DNA of 64,000 bases from contig JAZBOQ010000024.1 in the NCBI GenBank assembly GCA_036351195.1, forward strand, positions 26,669-90,668. Reading direction: 5' to 3'. A program made the position numbers and the translations under genes. Source of the DNA: Thermoanaerobaculales bacterium. GTDB lineage: Bacteria; Acidobacteriota; Thermoanaerobaculia; Thermoanaerobaculales; Sulfomarinibacteraceae. Under the pieces are notes generated by a model. That model did no database searches. It saw only the letters and a program-made list of their open reading frames with translations, and was not told the DNA's origin. Positions 57,770 through 64,000 of the stretch are shown in pieces. Positions within the stretch are counted from its first letter, which is position 1; the number at the start of each line of letters is the position of its first letter.

Positions 57770-58360
57770 CTACTCGACGCTGAAGCTCTGCAGCTCCACC
57801 GGCACGACCGAGAAGGTGAAATTCGGTCCGAATCGGCCGTTGGAACCCAGGCTGTCCTCGGTCGGAAAAACAAACCCGAGATTGCCCTCGCTGGGAAAGA
57901 CTGCGTTGAGAAACTGCACATTGGGATCAGTGGTCACCGAGGTCGCCGACGAGATGTAGCTATCGTTGTCGGTTGCGGTGTACAGCACCCCTGCAGTGTA
58001 GGTCTGGCCCGGAGTCAACGTCACCGGTGTCACCGATTCGTACGTCCAGTCACCGATCACGGTCCCCGTCGCCGGATCCACGACCACCGATGCCACCGGG
58101 TTCTGGGACCCATCCCAGATTCCCACCTGGTGCGTCGAGGTCAGGCCGGCCCCGCCTGCATTGGTGTCGGCATTCCAGACGCCAAGCATGGCGATCTCCA
58201 GCGGAGCGGTGACCTGAAATCGGAAGCCGACCACATCGCCCGTGGAATCACCGTAGAAGATCACGAACTCGCTACCTCCCACGAAGCCGGTGATGCCCTG
58301 CCCCATGGCGGCCGGCGCACATGCAATAACGATCACCGCAACAAACAAAAGACGACGCAT
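57770..58360 (-). CDS. Secreted DUF4082-like beta-sandwich protein ending in VPVELQSFSVE
   Basis: Signal peptide, RBS AAGGAGG; VGFRFQV, HQVGIW, PVTLTPGQTY, FGPNF. Confidence 0.72.
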   Translation of the reverse strand: MRRLLFVAVIVIACAPAAMGQGITGFVGGSEFVIFYGDSTGDVVGFRFQVTAPLEIAMLGVWNADTNAGGAGLTSTHQVGIWDGSQNPVASVVVDPATGTVIGDWTYESVTPVTLTPGQTYTAGVLYTATDNDSYISSATSVTTDPNVQFLNAVFPSEGNLGFVFPTEDSLGSNGRFGPNFTFSVVPVELQSFSVE

Positions 58361-58467
58361 CCGACACCTCCTTGAGAAAATGAAAAAAGCGCGTTCCAAT
58401 ATTCATAATTTGGCCGCCCACCGAAGTCAAGGACGTTCGCCGGCAGCGCCCATGAGATGATGTCGCG

Positions 58468-60873
58468 ATGACGCCGTGCGATCACTGCGGACTCCCGGTG
58501 CCGGCAGGCCTCGTCGACGAGGGCGCCGAGCTTCAATTCTGCTGCTCGGGCTGCCGGGTAGCGTACGAGGTCATCCACGGTGCCGGCCTCGAGGGATACT
58601 ACGCCCTGAAGAACCGGATCGACGCGCCCGAGCAGGCCGCTCTGGGCCGCGGCGGCAGCTTCGATCGGTTCGACGACGAGACCTTCACCGAGCTCTACTG
58701 CACGCGTCGAGAGGACGGTCTCCACTCGGTGGAACTCTACCTCGAGGGCGTCCACTGCGCCGCCTGCGTCTGGCTGGTCGAGAGCACCCCGATGGCGATT
58801 CCCGGCGTGGTGGAGTGCCGACTCGACGTGGGCCGCTCGCTGGCCGTGGTCACCTGGGATCCGGATCGCGTCGCCCTCTCCGACATTGCCCGCTTTCTCG
58901 ACTCCATCGGCTACCCGCCCCACCCCTTCCACGGCGTCGAGGCGCGCGACATGGAACGCCGCGAGGACCGGGCCCTGCTCATCCGCATCGCCGTCGCAGG
59001 AGCCGTCGCCGGCAACGTGATGCTGTTGGCCTTCGCCCTGTACGGCGGCCACTTCCACGGCATCACCGACGAGTACCGGCGCCTCTTCCGGTGGGTCAGC
59101 CTCGGCCTCACGATGGTCTCCGTCGTGTGGTGCGCCCAGGTCTTCTACCGCGGCGCCTGGGGCGCGTTGCGAACCCGCACGCTGCACATGGACGTCCCCA
59201 TCACCGTCGGCATTCTCGCCGCCTTCGGTTGGGGGACCGCCAACACCGTCCGCGACCTCGGCGAGGTCTACTTCGACTCGGTGACCGTGCTCATCTTCTT
59301 CCTGCTGGTGGGCCGCTGGGTGCAGCGCCGCCAGCAGCGACGGGCCGCGCGGGCCACCGAGCTGCTCTTCACGCTCGCCCCCTCGACCGCCCGGGTGATC
59401 ACCGACAAGGGCGTCCGCGAAACCCCGGCCGCCGCGCTGCAGCCGGGGATGGTGATCGAGCTTCGCGCCGGCGACTCGGCGCCGGCCGACGGCGTGGTTC
59501 GCCACGGCCGTTCGACCATGGACCTCTCCCTCCTCACCGGCGAAAGCCGGCCCGAGGCCGTGGGCCCCGGCGACCCGATCCACGCGGGCACCACCAGTCT
59601 TTCGGGGCGGCTCGAGATCGAGGTCCGCACCGCCGGTGCCGACACCCGGCTCGGGCGGCTGCTCCGTCTGGTGGAGGAGGGCGCGCAGCGGCGGGCCCCG
59701 GTGGTCCTCCTCGCCGACCGCATCTCCGGCTGGTTCGTCGTGGTGGTGCTCGGGCTCGCCGCCCTCACCGCCGCGATCTGGTTCGCCATCGATCCGGCCC
59801 AGGCGGTGGAGAACGCGGTCGCGCTGCTCATTGTCAGCTGCCCGTGCGCCCTGGGTCTCGCCACTCCCCTCGCCGTCAGCGCGGCGGTGGGACAGGCGGC
59901 CCGAAAGAAGATTCTCATCAAGGGCGGCGACGCCCTCGAGGCCATGGCGAAGCCGGCGACGATGATCCTCGACAAGACGGGAACCCTCACCAAAGGTCGC
60001 CTGGCCGTCGTCCGCTGGGTGGGTGGCGAGCAGACGAGGCGGGACCTGGCCGCGATCCAGACCCGCTCCACCCACCCGGTGGCCGTGGCGTTGGCCGCCG
60101 GAATCGACCTCGAAGGAACCGCCCAACCCACCGAGGTCGAGCAGCACCCGGGTCGGGGCATCACGGGACGGGTGGAGGGCCGTGAGATCCTGGCCGGTTC
60201 ACCGGCCTTTGCCGCCGAGCGTCTGGGTGCCATGGCCCAGGCGGTGGCGCACGAGATCAACAGCGCCGTTCAGGACGGTCTGACGCCCGTCGTGGTCGGG
60301 GTCGACGGTGAGGTCGCGGCGGTGGCCGCCCTCGGCGACCCCGTCCGCACCGACAGCGCCGAGTCCATCGCGGCCATCGAAGATCGGGGGTGGCGGGTGG
60401 AAGTCCTGTCCGGCGATTACCCGGGCACCGTCGCCGCCCTCATCCGCACCCTCGGCCTCGACCCGGCCGCCGGCCGCGGCGGCGCCCTGCCGGAGGACAA
60501 GGTCGAACGAGTGCACCGGCTGGCGGCGACCGGCAACGTGGCGATGGTCGGGGACGGGGTCAACGACGCCGCGGCCCTGGCCGCCGCCACGGTGGGCATC
60601 GCGGTTCACGGCGGCGCCGAGGCGGCGATGGCGGCGGCGGACGTCTACTTCGGTGAACCGGGCCTCGATCCCCTGGTGCGGCTCCTCGACGGCTCGGTGC
60701 GGACCATGGCGGTGATCCGCCGCAACCTCGTCTTCTCGCTGGCCTACAACGCCGTCGCGGTGACGCTGGCCATGCTCGGGCTCATGCACCCCCTCGTTGC
60801 GGCGATCCTCATGCCCGCGAGCTCGATCACGGTAGTGGTCAGTTCGTACAAAGCACGAACCTTCCTGAGTTGA
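58468..60873 (+). CDS. ccoI: P1B-type heavy-metal ATPase CcoI
   Basis: CDHCG, FCCSGC, HCAAC, TGES, CPC, DKTGT, GDGVND. Confidence 0.93.
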   Translation: MTPCDHCGLPVPAGLVDEGAELQFCCSGCRVAYEVIHGAGLEGYYALKNRIDAPEQAALGRGGSFDRFDDETFTELYCTRREDGLHSVELYLEGVHCAACVWLVESTPMAIPGVVECRLDVGRSLAVVTWDPDRVALSDIARFLDSIGYPPHPFHGVEARDMERREDRALLIRIAVAGAVAGNVMLLAFALYGGHFHGITDEYRRLFRWVSLGLTMVSVVWCAQVFYRGAWGALRTRTLHMDVPITVGILAAFGWGTANTVRDLGEVYFDSVTVLIFFLLVGRWVQRRQQRRAARATELLFTLAPSTARVITDKGVRETPAAALQPGMVIELRAGDSAPADGVVRHGRSTMDLSLLTGESRPEAVGPGDPIHAGTTSLSGRLEIEVRTAGADTRLGRLLRLVEEGAQRRAPVVLLADRISGWFVVVVLGLAALTAAIWFAIDPAQAVENAVALLIVSCPCALGLATPLAVSAAVGQAARKKILIKGGDALEAMAKPATMILDKTGTLTKGRLAVVRWVGGEQTRRDLAAIQTRSTHPVAVALAAGIDLEGTAQPTEVEQHPGRGITGRVEGREILAGSPAFAAERLGAMAQAVAHEINSAVQDGLTPVVVGVDGEVAAVAALGDPVRTDSAESIAAIEDRGWRVEVLSGDYPGTVAALIRTLGLDPAAGRGGALPEDKVERVHRLAATGNVAMVGDGVNDAAALAAATVGIAVHGGAEAAMAAADVYFGEPGLDPLVRLLDGSVRTMAVIRRNLVFSLAYNAVAVTLAMLGLMHPLVAAILMPASSITVVVSSYKARTFLS

Positions 60874-60962
60874 CAGTCCATCGCAGGCCACAGAGGTCGT
60901 GACGGAGCTGAGTCGTTCCACACCCGTATGCATTGGTGAATGGAATCGTCCATAATTGGTGT

Positions 60963-61145
60963 ATGTCGGTGGTTTATATCGCGCTTCCAATTGCCTTGTT
61001 GTTGGCTGTCGCAGGAGTCGCCGCGTTCATCTGGGCCGCGAGGAGCGGACAGCTCGACGATCTCGAGACGCCCGGGCAGCGTGTTCTCTTCGATGACGAC
61101 GAACCGGCGAGGCCTCCCAGCCGGCGGCAGGATCCCGATTCCTGA
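60963..61145 (+). CDS. ccoS: cbb3 oxidase assembly protein CcoS
   Basis: MSVVYIALP...[24 protein letters not shown]. Confidence 0.92.
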   Translation: MSVVYIALPIALLLAVAGVAAFIWAARSGQLDDLETPGQRVLFDDDEPARPPSRRQDPDS

Positions 61146-61155
61146 TCTGTCGACC

Positions 61156-61203
61156 GAGCACCTTTGTCGTGCCGGCGAGGGCGCCGGCACGACAAAGGTG
61201 CTC
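61156..61203. terminator. Long perfect hairpin between convergent ccoS and queA
   Basis: 22-bp stem GAGCACCTTTGTCGTGCCGGCG with an AGGG loop; terminator or REP-like. Confidence 0.6.
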
Positions 61204-61297
61204 AGTACATTGGTGCGCCGGCGCCCCCGCCGACAATCCGTCCTTGAGCAACGACCTCACCTGGATCGAAGCGTTTCGCAAAAGGCTCAACTGTCCA

Positions 61298-62326
61298 CTA
61301 AAGGATCAACATCGCATCGCCGTAGGAGAAGAACCGGTAGCCCGACGCCACCGCTTCGTCGTAGGCTGAGAAGACCCGCTGCTTCCCGGCAAAGGCGCTG
61401 ATCATCATCACCAGGGTCGATTTGGGAAGGTGGAAGTTCGTGAGCATGGCTCCGGCGCCGCGAAAGGCGAAGCCCGGCGTGATGAAGATGTCGGTCCAGT
61501 CTTCGCCTGCGACCACGCGGCCGTCACCTGCCGCCAGGGCGCCTTCCAGCGCCCGAACCGACGTGGTGCCGACGCAGACGATGCGGCGTCCGCTCTCAAC
61601 AGCCGAGTTCACCAACCGCGCGGTCTCCTCGGAGAAGTGGTACCACTCCGAGTGCATGCGGTGGTCCGCCACCCGTTCGGCGGTCACCGGCCGGAACGTC
61701 CCCAGCCCCACGTGCAGCGTCACGAATGCGAGCTCGATCCCCCGCCGCGCGGTCCGCTGGAGCAACGGTTCGGTGAAGTGCAGCCCGGCGGTGGGCGCCG
61801 CCACCGCCCCCGGAGCGGCCGCGTACACCGTCTGGTAGGTTTCCCGATCCTCGTCGGTGGCGCCGTCCGGCCGTTGGATGTAGGGCGGCAGCGGCATCTC
61901 GCCCAGGGTGTCGAGGCGTTCGAAGGTCAGAGGAGGTTCGAAGGTCGCCTCCCACCTCCCTTCGTCGCGCCTGGCGCAAAGTGCGACCTCGCCCCCGTCG
62001 GCGAGCTGGAGTCGCTCGCCCTCCCTCGCCCGGGCGCCGGGCCGCAGCAGACTTTCCCACGAGCTTCCCTCGAGCTCCCGCAGCAACAGAAGTTCGAAGC
62101 GGCGGCCGGTGGGACGGCGGGCGTAGAGCCGGGCCGGAATCACCCGGGTGTCGTTGAGCAGCAGCAGGTCACCGGGATCGAGCAATGCCGGCAGGTCGGC
62201 CACCATTCGGTGGTCGACGCCTTCCGCCGAACGATCGAGGACGAGCAGCCGCGCGCTGCCTCGCGCCGCCGGCTGTTGGGCGATGCGGTCGGGGGGCAGC
62301 TCGTAGTCGAAGTCGGCGGTGCGCAT
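61298..62326 (-). CDS. queA: SAM:tRNA ribosyltransferase-isomerase
   Basis: DFDYELP, NDTRVIPARL, PLPPYI, AAPTAGLHF, TNFHLPKS, YRFFSYGDAM. Confidence 0.96.
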   Translation of the reverse strand: MRTADFDYELPPDRIAQQPAARGSARLLVLDRSAEGVDHRMVADLPALLDPGDLLLLNDTRVIPARLYARRPTGRRFELLLLRELEGSSWESLLRPGARAREGERLQLADGGEVALCARRDEGRWEATFEPPLTFERLDTLGEMPLPPYIQRPDGATDEDRETYQTVYAAAPGAVAAPTAGLHFTEPLLQRTARRGIELAFVTLHVGLGTFRPVTAERVADHRMHSEWYHFSEETARLVNSAVESGRRIVCVGTTSVRALEGALAAGDGRVVAGEDWTDIFITPGFAFRGAGAMLTNFHLPKSTLVMMISAFAGKQRVFSAYDEAVASGYRFFSYGDAMLIL

Positions 62327-62428
62327 CGGCGCATCATACACGCAACAACCACATACGCCTCTGATCCTGACGGATGCGAGGATGGACGCGGAGCGAGCCG
62401 GGATCCGTCACAATGGGACTCGACGATC

Positions 62429-62809
62429 GTGAAGAGCACCACCTTCGGACGGCTCGGCGAGTGGGCCGCACTCGCGCTCCTGCTCGCCAAGGGCTACCGG
62501 CCCCGCCACCGCAATTGGCGGGGCGCCGGAGGCGAGCTCGATCTGGTGGCAGAATGTCGCGGTGAGATCGTCTTCGTCGAGGTCAAGACGCGGTCGAGCT
62601 CGCGCTTCGGCGGCGCGGGCGCGGCGGTCGGCCGGGAGAAGCAGCGGGCCCTGGCCCGGGTCTCCGCCGCCTATTTGTCACGCCACGAGCTCTGGGACCG
62701 CCCGTGCCGCTTCGACGTCGTTACCGTCGAAAAGCGGCGCCGTTTCCCTTACTGGTCGATCCGCCACCACAGAAACGCGTTCAGCACCGATCTCGGAAGA
62801 CAGATGTAG
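62429..62809 (+). CDS. YraN (UPF0102) family protein
   Basis: GRLGE, NWR, GELDLV, FVEVKTR, CRFDVV. Confidence 0.9.
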   Translation: MKSTTFGRLGEWAALALLLAKGYRPRHRNWRGAGGELDLVAECRGEIVFVEVKTRSSSRFGGAGAAVGREKQRALARVSAAYLSRHELWDRPCRFDVVTVEKRRRFPYWSIRHHRNAFSTDLGRQM

Positions 62810-62980
62810 GAATGATGACTGATGAATGCGGAATGATGAATTCCATCGCAACGTAAAGACGACGTCGACGACCTCGCGCTCAATCCACCTGTCACAGAGC
62901 CTCGATGTCCCGGACGAACGATCGTTAGAAGCTCGATCAACTCGGAATCTCAGTCTGCGATGTCCGTTCACCAATCAGAA

Positions 62981-64000
62981 CTAGCCGAGCTTCTTGAACC
63001 ACCGTTTGCGCACGATGGTCTGGGGGTTGTCCTCGCTCCCGAGACCTCCGGTGTGGCCGCTTCGGTCGGTGGCGACGACGTAGAAGCTCACGTCCTTGTT
63101 GCCGTGCAGCTCCGGAGTCACCGTGAAGTGGTAGAGGCCGTCATCCGCCCGCTCCAGCGGAATCCGCAGGAAGCCGTCGTCGGCCTCGTTGCGGGCGTGC
63201 ACCACCACCGTCTCCACCCGATAGTCATCGATGACCCGCAGGGGAACGATGACGGTGGCCCCCTTCTTGAAACCGAGATCGCCATCCACGGCCAGCTCCA
63301 CCGCCGGCGCCTGCGCATCCAACCCGTCGAGGACCGTCCGGAGGGCCGCTCTCGCCTTCTCCACCTCGGTCGTCAATCGCGGGTCGGGATCGAGGGCGTC
63401 GAGCTTTGCCAGCCCGCCCTCGGGATCGCCGCCCTCTCCCATGGCCAGCGCTGCGGCGATCACCGACTCCGCGCGCCGGCCCTCGTCGGCGCGGCTGCGG
63501 CACCACGCGATGCGTTCGGCCAGACCGGGCCGGGTCGGCCAAACCCGCTCCAGGCTCTCGTAGATGGCGACGGCGTTGTCGAACTGTCCCCTGCCGGCGG
63601 CCCCTTCAGCGCGAGCCGCGATCGCCGACGCCGCCTGCTCTCGAGCCTCCGGAGCGCCGCCGTAACCGGGCAGAACCCGCTCCAGCTCGCCGCCGATTCG
63701 AACCACGGCGAGGTGGTCCTCCCGGCTCTCCGCGTCCCACATCTCGGTGTGGAGCTTCAACGCCCGTCGGGCCCGTTCGAGATCGCCGGCGAGACCGGAC
63801 ACCTCGGAAATCTCATCCCCCGTCATCCCGGAGAGACCGGCGGCACCCCGTCGGACCATCTTGATGCTGCCGTAATCCAGACCGCTCCTGAGATCATCCA
63901 CCGCCCGGTCCCGGTCGGCCGCCTGGGCAAGGGCGGTCACGAGGCTCTCGTACAGGGCGGCCTCGTCGGAGCCCATGGAGAGGTCGCCACGTCCTTCCAA
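62981..64000 (-). CDS. Hypothetical protein, C-terminal part (helical repeats plus Ig-like domain); start lies outside the window
   Basis: Frame open to the window edge; ends YVVATDRSGH...RKRWFKKLG. Confidence 0.7.
   Translation of the reverse strand: MEGRGDLSMGSDEAALYESLVTALAQAADRDRAVDDLRSGLDYGSIKMVRRGAAGLSGMTGDEISEVSGLAGDLERARRALKLHTEMWDAESREDHLAVVRIGGELERVLPGYGGAPEAREQAASAIAARAEGAAGRGQFDNAVAIYESLERVWPTRPGLAERIAWCRSRADEGRRAESVIAAALAMGEGGDPEGGLAKLDALDPDPRLTTEVEKARAALRTVLDGLDAQAPAVELAVDGDLGFKKGATVIVPLRVIDDYRVETVVVHARNEADDGFLRIPLERADDGLYHFTVTPELHGNKDVSFYVVATDRSGHTGGLGSEDNPQTIVRKRWFKKLG

Overview
GC-rich bacterial chromosomal window. Gene style suggests Acidobacteriota (Thermoanaerobaculia-like); this is an inference, not a taxonomic assignment. 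Housekeeping and metabolic content: MscS, two EamA transporters, a TatT-TatP-DctQM (TPAT) TRAP transporter, eukaryote-type UGPase, tRNA-Gly and tRNA-Cys, an S1-domain protein, pyrR-pyrB-pyrC, queF, queA, dinB, glgC, trkAH, heme A and heme O synthases, two secreted peptidases and an Rrf2-led cbb3 oxidase cluster. The standout locus is a two-gene unit at 30211-33262. A DmsE/MtrA-type decaheme cytochrome is followed by an MtrB-like outer-membrane beta-barrel that has its own CxxCH motif and is split by one in-frame TGA. That TGA is followed by a SECIS-like hairpin, so the barrel is a probable selenocysteine- and heme-containing porin. Intergenic DNA is unusually rich in structured repeats: a 183-bp palindromic element whose core is inverted between copies, tandem-repeat arrays anchored on CATCGCA/TGCGATG (two with exactly 30-nt unrelated spacers), GTAG-type REP pairs, and a 99-bp palindrome inserted in frame in ccoQ. 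No transposase, integrase or CRISPR array was seen. All calls are from reading the sequence; no searches were run.
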